64,000 nt of DNA from the human T2T-CHM13v2.0 reference genome, Homo sapiens (GCF_009914755.1 NC_060939.1); one strand, 5' to 3'; shown: positions 1-17,385, counted from the first letter of the stretch. Notes: a model not told the origin generated them from the sequence alone. Translations and numbers: made by a program.

Positions 1-2
1 GT

Positions 3-323
<321 letters not shown>

Positions 324-622
324 AGGAGTATCAAAAAGACAAAACAGAAGACAAAAATAACACAAAGTTATTTTAAAAATACAGAGAAGAAATAAAATAG
401 CGAAAACATGAGGTGATGCAGAACTTTTATCTATCATTAAAAATAATGCAATAAAATGAAACCATTCCCCTTATCAGATTAGGAGATGTAAATCCTGATA
501 ACATCCAATGTGGGTAAAGGTGTAGGGGATCAGGTGCTTTCACACACTGCTGCTGGAAATGTACAGTCTTTTTTGGAAAGTGTCAAATTTTCAAAATGTA
601 TCTATCCTTAAACTTAGCAATC

Positions 623-907
623 GGCAGGGCACGGTGGCTCACGCCTGTAATCGCAGCACTTTGGGAGACCAAAGCAGATGAATCACCTGAGGTCAAGAGT
701 TCAAGACCAGCCTGGCCAACACGGTGAGACCCTGTCTCTACTAAAAATACAAAAATGAGCTGGGTGTGGTGGTGGGCACCCATAATCCCAGCTACTCAGG
801 AGGCTGAGGCAGGAGAATCGCTTGAACCGGAGGTTGTAGCGAGATCATGCCACTGCACTCCAGCCTGGGTGAGAGCAAGACACCGTCTCAAAAAAAAAAA
901 AAAAAAA
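623..907 (+). mobile_element. Alu (AluS-like)
   Basis: Dimeric Alu; AGCAATC flanks. Confidence 0.9.
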
Positions 908-1404
908 CAGCAATCCCACTTTGATAATGTTATCCTAGAGAAATGTATACACAGGTAAGTAAAAGAATATTTGTTACAGCATTGTTTATAACAATAAAAC
1001 AAAATCTATTTTTAATGGATGGATTTATGGTACACATCTTACTATATATTTATAACTTTTTTTAAATAGCCAGGTCCAGATATATAATGAGACAGAAAAT
1101 ATTTCAAGAGATTCTAGGTAAAAAAAATACATATATTTATGTTTGAAAGAATACAGAGAGCATGATTCTATTTACATTTTTTAAAGCAACTCTGAATATA
1201 CACGTTCGGGAGGTAAAAACACATAATAAAAAAGGTCTGGAAAGACACACAGAACAATTCTTCTGAACAGGGTAATAAATAACAAATAAAAGCGATTTCT
1301 TACTTATTACTCTATATAATTCTGTGTTTTTAAATTTCATGTATTAACCAGTTTATTAAAATAGCTTTCAGGGAAAAACATATTATAATCCAATATATCA
1401 TTAC

Positions 1405-1521
1405 CTTGGTATTATGCTCTAAATCTTTACTATTCAGAAGTGCATGATTAATTCGAAAAACTATCCAGTCAAACAGGGCACTATACAGAGACTTAGCCAT
1501 GGAGTTCCTCACTGTCACAGC
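1405..1521 (-). CDS. MYO9A: MYO9A exon 10 ([39 protein letters not shown])
   Basis: gtttttcag|GCT...AAG|gtaatg; 117 nt; AKxLYxxLFDWIV myosin motif. Confidence 0.96.
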
Positions 1522-1663
1522 CTGAAAAACAAAAGCATTACAAGTGCATGTAGAATTGACAATGATTAAGATACTATGACAAAGTTGTTTGCTCCCATTC
1601 AAGAAAGAAACTTACTATCCTGAATTAGAAATGAATTTTTCTCTCAAAATAAAAAATCTATAA

Positions 1664-1967
<304 letters not shown>

Positions 1968-3749
1968 AATTGAAGTTTTCCACATGTACTCATTCAATTA
2001 GTCCCACTCAAAGAATCTACGTTAAAACTGCCATTAAAGATAAGAGAAACAAAATGTAGGTCACTCAGTTCAAAACATGTTTATTAAAAATTGGGATATA
2101 TATTCCCCCTAGGAAAGAAGGTATAATTGGAAGTTTACAAACAAATGACTTTGCCAGTTACAGTAGGTAAGAGTATTCTAGGCAGAGGAATAAATCTGTT
2201 AGGAAAAAGCCATTAATTTCTGTGGAATCCTAATCACCCTCTTAAAACATACACTAATACAACCACAATTACATTGGTAGTTGTCTTCGGCTTGTCACCC
2301 ATAGAAACTTCTAGAATTACTCCATCCTCAAAGACAGCAACAATTCCCTCATTATGTAGTTACAAAATTTATTTTTTCCTCACTCTAAGCTTTCCAAGTT
2401 TATGAAAATTCTCAATACTATCTGCTCTATTTTCCTGTAAGTCTGAAATTATTCTTAAAAAACAAAGAATTTCACCATTTAGAAAGCATAAATTTACAAA
2501 AAAAAAAAAAGGGAGTAGAGTATGGCACATGTCTTACAGAACTGAGTCTTAGCACTTAGAAGAATATAAATCCTAGTAATTTACATATTTATTATCTAGG
2601 GGCTTATTCTGAAGCTTGTATATTCAGGTACATATTTATAACTCCATTTTGAAGTATAAAGAAAATAGTAACAATTAAGAACTAGAGTATCTTCCAATTC
2701 CAGTTTTTCTACTTATTCTAGCTGCATAATCATGACTAAGTTACTTAACCTCTTAGGCTACTGGTTATACATCTATAAAAAGAAGGTAATACTACAACCT
2801 ACCACATAGGTGATGAATTAATTTCTGAATATTGAAGGAAAAAAAAAGCTTCAAGTTCCTAGACCAAAAAATAACTGCCTACATAGCAGAAAGAAGACTG
2901 GTACCAAATTCTCTATCTTCAACACTAGAAACCTGTATTATTTTTTATTGTTGTGGAGTTTTAGAATATTTTTAATGTGCAAATGGTTGAATCCTTGGAT
3001 GTGGAATCTGTGCATAAGGTGAACCAACTATCAAGAAAACCAATGGCAGAATGAAAATATAACAGAATACCACTGTATTTTTTTCCCCAGAAAGAAAAGA
3101 AAAATGAAGATAATCTAATAAAATTCAGGAAAAGTACAATATTTTAAAACTAAATCAACAAATATAAGACATAGAATAAGCATATAAACATTATCACAAT
3201 AAATTTTATGAATGGGTTGAATTTTTTAGTTAAAAGACCTTCAGACAAAGATAAAAACTAAAGTCTAACTACAGTATTTATGGTTTACATAATGTACCAT
3301 TTTTATAAAATACCATAGTCATAGAATCCAGATAGGCCAATACGATACCTATTTGTTTACTCTGTAACTCCAAATTTTATACTTTCAGCCCTTTTCTCTG
3401 AAATGCATGTCTGTCTTTCATAGCTTAACCTCAATAAACCCAAATATCAAGTAATATTTTCCCACCCAAACAAGATCTCATTTAGTGTTTCCTATGTCAT
3501 TGAAGGGTACCAATATTCTTACAGCTGTGTAAACCAGAAATGCAGGACTCATCCTTGACACCTCCTTTGTTTGCCTTGCTTCCCATTATTCAAGTCATTA
3601 CTAGGTCCTGCTGATTTAATCAAATTTTTTTCTTTTTAAATCCATACATTTCTCCCTATCAATATGTCACCATTCTGCAAAGCAAATATCATTCTCACTA
3701 CCGCAGCCTCCGAACTCATCTCTCTACATCCACTCCTGCCTTCTGTGCT

Positions 3750-4039
3750 TGACCAAAACCCAAGATAGCCCACAAGATTCCCTGGGGGTACAAGTTCTAT
3801 ATAATTCCCTCCTCATAAGTGTAGGCAGAACTGTAAATACGATGGATTTCACTCCCATATGAAACTGATGTCACATGATAAAAATGAAAGGATTTTAAAG
3901 ATATAAAAACCCAAACCAGTTTATTTTTTAATCAAAGGGAGATCACCCCAGACTTATGACCCATGGAAACTGCCAAGATATTAAGTCTGTATTATATTAA
4001 GTTGCTAAGTTGCTTACATAGCTGTAAAAAACTAATACA
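3750..4039 (+). mobile_element. MLT1-like MaLR LTR, internally deleted
   Basis: Ends in AACTAATACA; GTAGGCAGAACTGTAAATACGATGG motif. Confidence 0.5.
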
Positions 4040-4255
4040 TTCCTCCAAATGGTTCTAAACACATCTGCCAGAGTGCTCCTTTTAAAACAAAAAAACAAAT
4101 TAAGATTTTTTTTTCTTAAAACACTTTAAGAGCTTTGCATTACCCTTCAGATAAAATACTAAAACTGTTTAGTACTGTTCCCCATAGTACCCCTAATGCT
4201 TTGCACATTTCTCGGCACAAAAATAGAGTTTTTATATATTTATTAAAGAAATAAC

Positions 4256-4550
<295 letters not shown>

Positions 4551-4669
4551 ACACCAAACAAAAATAAACAAAAAAAAAGTAGGGAATACAAAATAATCTC
4601 AGAAGGTTACATTCAAAGTTAAAAATGAAAATAAATACTAAAAAAAATTTGTAATGAAAAAGGTGGTGT

Positions 4670-5390
4670 GGTCATTAGAGAAACGCAAATCAAAACCACA
4701 ATGAGATACCATCTCACGTGAGTCACAATGGCTATTGTTAAAAAGTCAGAAAAACGACAGATGCTGGTGAGGTTGTGGATAAAAAGAAACATTTATACAC
4801 TGTTGGAGGGAGTGTAAATTATTTCAACCATTGGGGAAGACAGTGTGGCAATTCCTCAAGGACCTAAAAGTAAAACTACTATTCAACCCAGTAATCCAAT
4901 TACTGGGCATATATCCAAAGGAATAGAAATCATTCTATCATAAAGACACATCCACGTATATGCTCACTGCAGCACTATTCACAATAGCAAAGACATGGAA
5001 TCAACCTAAATGCTCATCAATGACACACTGGATAAATAAATGTGGTACTTATACACCGTGGAATACAATGCAGCATAAATAAGAAGAAAACCACGTCCTT
5101 TGCAGGAATTTGGATGAAGCTGGAGACCATTATCCATTGCAAACTAACGCAGGAACAGAAAACCAAACACAGCATGTTCTCACTTCTAAGTGGAAACTAA
5201 ATGATGAGAACACACGGAGACATAAAGGGGGTGACAGAGAATGGGAGGAGGGAGAGGATCAGGAAAAGTAACTAACGGGTAGTAGGCTTAATACCTGGGT
5301 GACGAAATAATCTCTACAACAAACCCCCATGACACAAGTTTACCTATATAACAAACCTGCACTATACCCCGGAACTTAAAAGTTAAATTT
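4670..5390 (+). mobile_element. Older L1P ORF2 end and 3'UTR
   Basis: CAAATCAAAACCACAATGAGATACCATCTCAC...ACAAACCTGCAC L1 3' sequence. Confidence 0.85.
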
Positions 5391-5490
5391 TTTAAAAGAA
5401 GAAAAAGGTAGTGAAAGAAAATGTAAAAAGCAATGAATCTTTATTTTATATAAAAGAAATATAAAACTCTTAAAGATTTGGCTTTCTTTT

Positions 5491-5925
5491 TTTTTTTTGT
5501 CTTTTTTTTTTCTTTTTATTATTATTATTACACTTTTAAGTATTAGGGTACATGTGCACAATGTGCAGGTTAGTTACATATGTATACATGTGCCATGCTG
5601 GCGTGTTGCACCCATTAACTCGTCATTTAGCATTAGGGATATCTCCTAATGCTATCCCTCCCCCCTTCCCCCACCGCACAACAGTCCCCAGAGTGTGATG
5701 TTCCCCTTCCTGTGTCCATGTGTTCTCATTGTTCAATTCCCATCTATGAGTGAGAACGTGCGGTGTTCGGTTTTTTGTCCTTGCGATAGTTTACTGAGAA
5801 TGATGATTTCCAATTTCACCCATGTCCCTACAAAGGACATGAACTCATCATTTTTTATGGCTGCATAGTATTCCATGGTGTGTATGTGCCACATTTTCTT
5901 AATCCAGTCTATCAATGTCCAACAA
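5491..5925 (-). mobile_element. Young L1PA (L1PA2/3-like) 3' fragment, about 430 bp
   Basis: Near-consensus L1 3'UTR with GAG rather than the Ta ACA diagnostic; 19-bp TSD AAAGATTTGGCTTTCTTTT at 5472 and 5924. Confidence 0.9.
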
Positions 5926-6787
5926 AGATTTGGCTTTCTTTTCATTTAGAAAGAAGCTCTCACAGTGGAAGACTATAATATGACATAAGAAGAAATGTGG
6001 ACTTGGAGATACAGAAGGTGAGATAAATGGATCAATGTCAAGCTTAAAAAACATTCTCTAGAATTCAATCACAATTTCCTCACCTGTCTTCTAATCTTCT
6101 AATTTCATATTCCTGTCCAATTTTTATAATTATAATAATTTGACTTGACATCACTTTCATAAAACTACTCCACAAAGTAGCAGCTTTTCAATAATTTTCC
6201 TGCCCCTATAGATCTGAGTGGTATAATAGTAGCAACAAGTATCCCTAGGAGCCTCAGTATACAGATGGTATTTAAAGTGCTGGGACTGGGTAAGATAACC
6301 TCAATGAAGAATATAGAGAAGAAGAAACAAAGACTGCGTCCTAGGGTACTCTACCTTTTAGAGATAAAGAAAAAAAAATACAAGCAGAAAGAACTGCAAA
6401 CAAGTAGCCAACAATGAAAAAGTTAACCAAAAAAGTATGATGTGCTAGAAGAAACTGTCTCAAGAAGAATAATTAATTGGGTCAAATATTGCTCATTTAT
6501 AATTCTACCTACCATCTATCTACCCCACATTAGTAATATGAAAATTGGAAATGATGAAGAGGTTAAGATCCTTGGAGAAAAATGCAAGCCTATTTCTCAC
6601 AATCACATTCAAATTTAAGTTTCTAAATCAATGGAAAATTCACAATCAAATGTAAAGGCCTAGAAAATATTTCAATCAAAACTTTTTGCCATTGTCATTT
6701 TCATGCTGTTAAGAGAAAACCCAAACTTCAAACCTAAACTTCTAACAATGTCCAGAATGCTTTCATTTCAAAGAAAATCCATCATAC

Positions 6788-6877
6788 CTCTGCCAACTTG
6801 TATGGCAAAATAAGCTTTTCTCCCACTGTCACCGTCTTCCTTGTAACTAATGCTTCAAATAGCATCTCTTCTTTAAC
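6788..6877 (-). CDS. MYO9A: MYO9A exon 9 (VKEEMLFEALVTRKTVTVGEKLILPYKLAE)
   Basis: ctgttttatag|GTT...GAG|gtatga; 90 nt. Confidence 0.95.
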
Positions 6878-7513
6878 CTATAAAACAGAAAAGTAAACTC
6901 AATATGTAAGATTTATGACAATAGGTTGAATTATCTTTTGAAAAAGCCAAATAGAGGAGGAAAAGCTTAATGAGATTAGCAATTACATAGCAGAGAAAAA
7001 AGGCAATACACTGGGCAATTTTAATACTGGCCAAATGGAATTTAAGTGTCCCACTCAAAAGACAAATGGGTTTTTTCAAGTTAAAGTTTGCTTTCTGATC
7101 ATAACAGAGAAACATGTTTCATTGTGCAGAATACAGAAAATATAGAATAGTATAAAAAACATTTTAAGATGATCAATCATAATCCCACATGCTGGAGGCA
7201 AGGACTAAAAAGTGACAGCACTTCTTGAATTCCAGAAATATTCCAAAGGATATTTATTTATGTTTCAGATATTTCTTCTTCATGAATCTTGAATTCTAGG
7301 AATATTCCAAAATATACTTATGTTTCAGATATTTCTTCTTATTCATGAATGATAAACTTTTAAGATAAAGTTGACACTTCCTTTGTTCTCACTCTCTCCC
7401 CAGAGGCAAATACTATCATGAATTTCACATTATCATTTCAGTTAATATTTCTACACTTTTACATGTATTAAATATGTTCATAAACACTATGCTATACTGT
7501 CAAATGACTTTAA

Positions 7514-7760
<247 letters not shown>

Positions 7761-8209
7761 TAACTGCTACATAGCATTGCAGCATATAAATATACCACAG
7801 TGTGTAATCCATTCTCCTCTTTGTAGGCATTTACACGATTTACAATTTTGTATGATTAGAAAATAAACCACAATGAATATTGTTGCACATGAGTTCAAAA
7901 GTTTCTGTGAAGAACAAACCTAAAAGTAGAAGGTTAGAGCATACATATTTTCAGCTTTAGAGAATACTACCAAACTCCTATATATAATTTTTACCAATAT
8001 GCTCTCTCAGCAGTAGCACTGAGAGTTCTTATTTCTTCCAAACCTTGACTATACTTAATGTTACCAGACCTTAGAATTTTGTCATGATGATGGGCATGAA
8101 GTGGTAAAACAAGGACATTTTATAAAAGTATCCATACATAATAAAAACATAACATTCATAAATGTAGGCAATATAAAAATTTATCAGGTAAAAAATATTA
8201 GATTATAAC

Positions 8210-8534
<325 letters not shown>

Positions 8535-8926
8535 TTATAAAATGATAGGAAGAGGCATTATCCTGCCACCAACAACATATGATAGATCAATAATCTTTTA
8601 AAGAACAACTTTTAACCATACTGAATGGATAAATATTATCTAGCAAATATAACACCTTTCAGAGCATTCACTGATCAACTCTCAAATTTCAAAAACTGGA
8701 AATAATTTGAGGCATATTAACTTCACAAAAACGCAGTAAAGCCAAAAATCAACAATGAACTTTAAATAAAAGGCCTCAACCTTTTAGATTTATTTAAAAT
8801 ACATTAAAGAACAAAAATATCAGATTACACAAAAATGACAAAACTAACAAAGCTAAGAAAAAAAATGTAATAAAATCCAAAGCTATATTGTGAGGTATAT
8901 TGCTGCAATTATTAAAAGTAAATATT

Positions 8927-9502
<576 letters not shown>

Positions 9503-9925
9503 TGAAAGATCTCAAAAACATACTATGGAATGACAAAAAGCCAAGTTTCAGAATAATATATACAGTGTAACATTTATATAAAGACCGAAAACATGCAAAA
9601 CTATGTATTCTTTATAAAAACATCTATCTATACTGAAAATATAGAAACAAGAGTAGGAATGATGAACACCAAATTCACAACAGTGGTTACCTCTGGTGGA
9701 GACAGGGTACAAGGGTACACAGTGGGCTTCAATTATACACAATATTTTATTACTTGAGTGGGGCTGTAAGGGTTGATTATATTGTTTTCTATATAATATT
9801 GTGTGCTGGCAACATTTCATAACAAGGAAAAAAGGAAGAAAATATCCTAAAACAAATTAATATGTAACAAGTAAAATGTTAGAACTGATCAATCTAAAGT
9901 CCAACTCTTTGAAAACATGAAAGAT

Positions 9926-10269
<344 letters not shown>

Positions 10270-10352
10270 CTAAGAAACACAAATAGCTAATACCATAGAG
10301 AAAAATTTTAAAGAGTGAAATTAACAGACTATTTACAAAGAACTCAAAAGCA

Positions 10353-10682
<330 letters not shown>

Positions 10683-11200
10683 CTAAATATCCAATACATC
10701 ATTTTTAGAAAAACATAGATCATCCAAATAACTCAAGCCAGATTTGAAAATCCTAAAAAATTAGTTAAAAAGGAACAAATAAAAGACATCAAATACAGTT
10801 GCTCATAAGGCTGACCTCTCTCAAACCCTTGAGGAACATATTATTCTCTGCTAATGATCCTTCTAATTGCAGAAAAAGGAGCAAGGGTACAAAAACTCTC
10901 AACTCATTTCATGAGTTCTCTTTAACTAGCACAAAAACCTGACAAAGATTGTACATAGATCTACGCATACCCACACAACCCCAAAACATACTAATCTTGC
11001 ATATCATATTTGGTAAGGATCCTAAATATTACCCAATTCACGATTTTTTAATCAGCTCTTCTATAATTTTCTAAAAATTCTTAAATATATTACTTTTAGA
11101 ATATTCAAAAACTATTAATACAGAACAAGTAGCAATGGGTTCAATATCCATTCTACAAAGCTTCTCATATTTACCTAATTAAAAATCTGATATGTAATTA

Positions 11201-11515
<315 letters not shown>

Positions 11516-12869
11516 CCCTATTCTTTATATTGTTTCAACAGATGTTAAAATATACTCAAAATACATAAACCTGATAAAAACTGAACAGTTTTTGGTAATG
11601 ATGATAGTTCTAATATCTCACAACAAAAACATCTTCCACAATTACCCACAATTTATCAACTGGAGCTTGTTCACCTTTCAATAATTTTCACAAGTATCCA
11701 TGCCAAATAGGCATTAGTAAAGGCTCAAAACATTCATTATTGCCTCAGGTAACTACAAAAAAATAACTGAAAAGTAAATAAATAAAGTTAAACCACTACT
11801 TTAAAAACATTTGTTCCTCTATTCTATATTTAGCATTGGATTAAATCACCATGGGAAGGAGAGGAATTAAATTAAATCACAACTAAAGAGTCTGAATGTT
11901 AAATAATCCAGTCAATGTGCTTATCTTTGTACTCTATCTCAACCAAAGCCTTAAGATTGCAATTATTATTATCAGTCTTAACCAACTAGAGGCAATCATT
12001 TTCTAAAATAATTTCTAAGTACTAACTAAAGATGGGATAGGTATCTTCTTTAGCTCCTGAACTTTGAAGCTATTTTCTTTCTACTTAATACTAAACCTCA
12101 GCCCTAGAACCAATCCAAACTATACACAAGAAGAAATTTAAGAAGCCAGGGTTCAAAAGTAAGATTTTCTGTCAAATCATATTTGCCATTTGCCATTGTC
12201 TTTGATACTGGTTTGCCCAATTCTCAGAATTAGATTTCTCTCTTTTTTTTAAACCTATAGCTGAGTTCCTCTTTGAGTTGCCTGAATTGTTCTTATCAGT
12301 CTCTTACCAAAGAAGAAATGATGCACTAGAAACAGAAGCCCTGGTTTCTGCTGAACTGCCTAGACTTATAAGTAAGACCATTAGCCACAATGCCCTGTCA
12401 CAATACCAAATGCTTGACTAAAATATCACCTGAAATACCTGACTAAAATGCCATCTGTTCTCTGGCCTTTATGATCTTCAAAATTACAACCCTCAGATAC
12501 CACACTCCATCTCCTGGTAGAACTTCTTTCCAGTAAGTCTAGTTCCAATTCAAGGTACTCCCTTCCCCTGCCTCTTCCTCTGCCAGGTTATCATTCCACT
12601 GAAGTTAATAAGCAATGCCCAATCACGTACAGAAAAAATAAACGCTGGGTGGTTAGATAAATAAGAAAGAGGTATCTATTGCTCTCAAAGAGCACTGGAG
12701 CCTTACAACAGACACAAACTAATAATTAACTTTATGCTCTAAAACTAAATTATGCTACGTAGAAACAAATGCTCTGTATTTAGGGAGTCAGTTTAGACCA
12801 CTTAAGGTTAAACCACATGAAGTGGCCTATGAACCAAGATTTGGAAGATGAATAATATTTTTTAAAAAA

Positions 12870-14155
12870 GCAAGTTATTCATAACTGTCAAAAACTGGAA
12901 ACAACCAAAATGTCCTTCAACAGATAAATGAATAAACTATAGCACATCTATATAATGGAATATTACCCCGTAATAAACAGAAATGAGCTATCAAGTCACA
13001 GAAAGACATGAATGAATCTTTTTTTTGTTTCTAGAGACAGGGTCTCGCTCTGTTACCCAGGCTGGAGTGTAGTGGCACGATCTAAGGTCACTGCAACCTC
13101 CGCCTCTGGGGTTCAAGCCTCCCACCTCAGCCTACCAAGCAACTGGGACTACAGGTACACGTCACCACGCCCAGCTAATTTTTGTGTTTTTTTGTTGTTG
13201 TTGTTGTTGTTGTTTTTAGTAGAGACAGGGTCTCCCTATGTTGCCCAGGCTGGTCTTGAACTCCTAGGGTTCAAGCAACTCACCTGCCTCAGCCTCTCAA
13301 TGTGCTGGGATTGCAGGCATGAGCCGCCAGACATAAATAAATCTTAAGTGCGTATTACTAAGTAAAACAAATCAGTCTGAAAAATCTACATATTGCATGA
13401 TTCAATTATATTACATCCTGGAAAGGGCAAATCTATATATCTACTAAAAAGATCAGTGGTTGCCAGCAGTTTAGGGGGAGGGACTGAACAGGTAAAGCAC
13501 AGGGGATTTTTACGGCAGTGAAACTATTCTGTATGATACTATAATAGTGGACATATGACTTCTTGCATCTGTCAAAAACCAAATAGCATGAAGAGTGGAA
13601 CTTAATGTATGCAAATATTAAAAATTATTTAAGAGATTGGGGGATTCCACGAAGGAATGTAGACCATGACAAGAAAACAGCATGCATGACAAATATATGA
13701 AACCTCAACAAATAGGGTGGAAGGAAAAGGTGCTGTTCTAAGTAATTTTGGAAATGAGTGAAGTCTGCAGGATTAAAGGCAGAAGGAATTGCTCATAAGC
13801 ACTGTATTCTAGTTGAAAAAGTCATTTCCCAGAGGGGTACAGGTTAACAATTTTGATACCACTATACATGTATACTGGAATTAAACAAATAAGTAAATGG
13901 ATGGCAGAGGACAGAAGACAGCTTTCTCACTGTTGAAGCGGGAGTTCACAGATAAGCAAGGGAAGAAGGCTAGAATGATCCACGTGGGGAATGGATTACA
14001 GTTGGAGACATTATCATGAACTCATGTTTACCTTTATATAGATACAGATGATTACATATTAAAATATGTATAGATACGTGGATATACACAGGTTAGTATA
14101 TACACACATATATTTCCTTGCTATGCCAGACGATAGGGCCTATAAGAAATGACAC
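12870..14155 (+). mobile_element. L1M (L1MC/MD-like) 3' fragments interrupted by an Alu
   Basis: CTGGAAACAACCAAAATGTCCTTCAAC and other L1M 3' motifs. Confidence 0.7.
13019..13330 (-). mobile_element. AluJ-like
   Basis: Reverse Alu with a (TTG)n linker. Confidence 0.85.
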
Positions 14156-14763
14156 CCCATCTGATGGGATAAATCTGGCAAGATGAGAAGGGGTAGGCAA
14201 GAGAGAAATTAGCTAAGAAAACATGATAAATCATCACTCCAGGAAGAAAGAATCAGGTAATAAAGGCCCTTGATGTAAGAAGAAGCATGGTAGGAGATGA
14301 GAACCTTTATGTCCTATTCAACCCATAAGGAAAAAAAAAAAAAGTAGTATCCTTTTTTCTCCACCCACCCAAATACCCCCATCTTGAAACAAAATAATCT
14401 AACCAAAATCTTAGTATGAGAAGAAATCTCAAATATGAAGAGAAAAATTAGCATAGTCCCAGAATATTACAGTCCAGTGTGGAAATATTCATCCTATCCA
14501 GCAAATTTAGGGACTATGGATGTCTGGAGCAAGTGGAGGCAGAGGAGAAAACACAAATTTTATAAAGATTCTGCCACATCCAATAGCAAACTGAGGCAGG
14601 TATCAGGAAAAATTAGATCTTTTGGAACTGCTATTTAAAAATAGTGCCTAATAAAAGCATTATTAACAGAAAGCATTAACCCGTTTACACCTACAAAATA
14701 CACAAAATAAAAAATAAAAAGTTACAAAGATTTGAAATGACAACTGAAAATGTAATCACTCAC

Positions 14764-14890
14764 CTCTAATAATTCTGAGACAATAGGCAGAACTTCAGGA
14801 TTACAGATATCAATGGAGTCATCCCGGTATGTCTTCTTTTTGTAACAGATATTACCCAAATGTAGTATGGCTGAGAGAAGAGAGAAAATC
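14764..14890 (-). CDS. MYO9A: MYO9A exon 8 (IFSLLSAILHLGNI...IVSELLE)
   Basis: ttttcccag|GATT...GAG|gtgagt; 127 nt; AILHLGN myosin motif. Confidence 0.96.
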
Positions 14891-15365
14891 CTGGGAAAAT
14901 AAAACACAAATTATAGCTTAGTTGTGTCCATTCCCAAAGCTCATTTCATTCTAAAATTCTAGTTAAGCAAATTAACCTACAAATATGAAGTATTTAGTCT
15001 TTGGAAAATAAGCAATATGGGAATAATTACTAAAATTTACTGAGGGTTTACTTATATGTCAGGTACTCTTCAAAATGCTTTTCATGGCCTTAAGTATACC
15101 ACTTCTTATATAGTCATTTCAAAGGGACTTCTGCTATTGCCTGAATTTGTCACAGTGTTTACAGTGTTTTAAAAAGGCCATGCCTCTCTAAATGCTATTT
15201 ATCCTGCCAGGAATGCTTTTTTCCTACACTGTTTCAGATACACTGAATCAGAATTGCCAAAGGAAAGGCCTTGAATCTGTATTTTTTAAATCAAGTATCC
15301 TAGCTGATTTTTTATTATTAGTTATGTTGTTAAAATGCTTTTCTATACCATAGTATGGTGTTTGA

Positions 15366-15372
15366 GGTAAAT

Positions 15373-15417
<45 letters not shown>

Positions 15418-15455
15418 GGGTAAATGGGTGTGTGTGTGTGTGTATGTGTGTGTGT
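15366..15455. repeat. Compound (TG)n microsatellite
   Basis: GGTAAATGGG(TG)n unit present twice. Confidence 0.95.
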
Positions 15456-16380
15456 AAGTATGAAGCCATGTGGGGTATATTAACCTCTACTGTGAAACAA
15501 CTTCATATGGACCCTCCGTTATAAATTTCCCTCCTGAGTCAGAAGAGTATGTGCCCTCCAATCAAAAACTAATCCCTCCACTTATGCTATATATCCCATC
15601 AACTCCTGTTAATTCAGGAACCTTAGGTTACCAAGTACCTCCATGTAGCTAAGAACAGTATATTATGTTATTGACTTATCTGACATCTCAGAGGCATTTA
15701 ACACAGCTAAACAATCCACTGAAAAACTCTTCCTCAGTCTCCTTATATATATACAGCTTTGTGTCACATGCAGTTATTTTCTTAGAATAAATACGGCTTA
15801 CAAAATTTGGCTTATGAAAATTTAACACTATGTTTTCCTAAAATTAGGAAGTATTCCAACTAAAACAAAGATATTGCTTTAGGAACCTGAGATATTACCT
15901 TAGGAACATTTGAGAGGTACTGAATCACCATCTAACTTATAAATCTAATTTTTCAAATAATTTAAAGTTTTTAAATCTTTGAATCATTCACGTGACTCAC
16001 AGGAAATACAAGTCTATTATAAAAATAATTAATAATGTTATTCTGGATTAAAGAATAAACTATCAACTGAAACATAAAAACTAATGGAAGTCAAAAGACA
16101 AAAACAAATTCATGAGCCTCTTTTAAAAATGATTTTTAATAGAAATTCACTAATTTTCATTGAACTGTAGTTTATGTCACCAATTGAGTTGGTATGCCAA
16201 CTTACATATTGTATTATTTGATTTTAATTGACTTCTCATAAAAAGATTCTAGTAAATAGCCTGCTAATTAAAGAGTCATACCAATGATGTAAGTGCAAGC
16301 AAACAAGAAAACAGCAGAGGTGATTTTCTCCTACTCTCAGTATAGGGTCATCAATCATGAGGTTAAAAATTAACAACAGA

Positions 16381-16660
16381 GGGCGGGCGCAGTGGCTCAT
16401 GCTGGTAATCCTAGCACTTTCAGAGGTCAAGAAAGGCAGATCACTTGAGCCTAGGAATTCAAGACCAGCATAGGCAACATGGCAAAAAAAAAAAATACAA
16501 AATTAGCTGAGTGTGATGGTACAAGCCTGCAGTCCCAACTTCTTGGGAAGTTGAGGTGGGAGGATCATCTGAGCCTGGGGAGGTTGAGGCTGCAGTGAGC
16601 ACTCCAGTCTGGGTGACAGAGTGAGACGCTGTCTCCAAAAAAAACAAAGAAAAAAAAATT
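16381..16660 (+). mobile_element. AluJ-like
   Basis: Diverged Alu; AAAATTAACAA flanks. Confidence 0.85.
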
Positions 16661-17287
16661 AACAATATAATCAGATCTGACATATTCATCAGCACGACTC
16701 TCCCCTTCAAAAAAGTTATAAGTAACTATTTCTTTCTGGTGAGAGCCAAGGTTGAGTCTTTAATTTTAAATAATTTGTTTCAAATATAATTTATCTCATC
16801 TTTATCTCAAATTTTTATATTTTTAAATTGTTTAGATTTACAATTAAAAAACTTAATAGTATAGTACAGATATAAACTATACAGAGGAAATACACTGAAA
16901 ATTAAATACTATGCATCTGATAAGTATGCATAATTTAATAAGATTAGAGATCACTGATATATACAAAATGAAGAGCTATAAAAATAGTGTTACAAAGCAA
17001 AAGTTTTAAGTAAGGTCCATGGATAGGCTTCAGGGGCACCATAAATTCCTGCATTTATATGCAAATTGTTAAGGATGTACATTTTACAACAACAGTGTCA
17101 GCTTTCATCAGATTCTCAAAATAATTTATGATAAAAAAAGGAATTAGAAATAATGCTCGAGATGGATGAGGTACTAGATGAAGAATACCACTTAGAAAAC
17201 TATTTAAAAAGGTCAACGGCAGAAATCTTTCAAAGACATATCATGTGTTCTCTATTAGAGATATAAAAATACAACAAGTAAACTCAC

Positions 17288-17385
17288 TGTCTTCGTGTCT
17301 TGGGAAGAAATCCTACCATTTCCATGGCAAGTTGTAGGCGCTCAAAGTCATGTCTCAAATCTTCTCCTTCCACCGTGAAGCAATC
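17288..17385 (-). CDS. MYO9A: MYO9A exon 7 ([33 protein letters not shown])
   Basis: aataagcag|GAT...ACA|gtgagt; 98 nt. Confidence 0.95.

Noticed and set aside
1330-1602. 90-aa ORF treated as a stand-alone gene (likewise 14722-14907 and 34632-34820)
   Set aside because: Each is a MYO9A exon plus open intronic flanks
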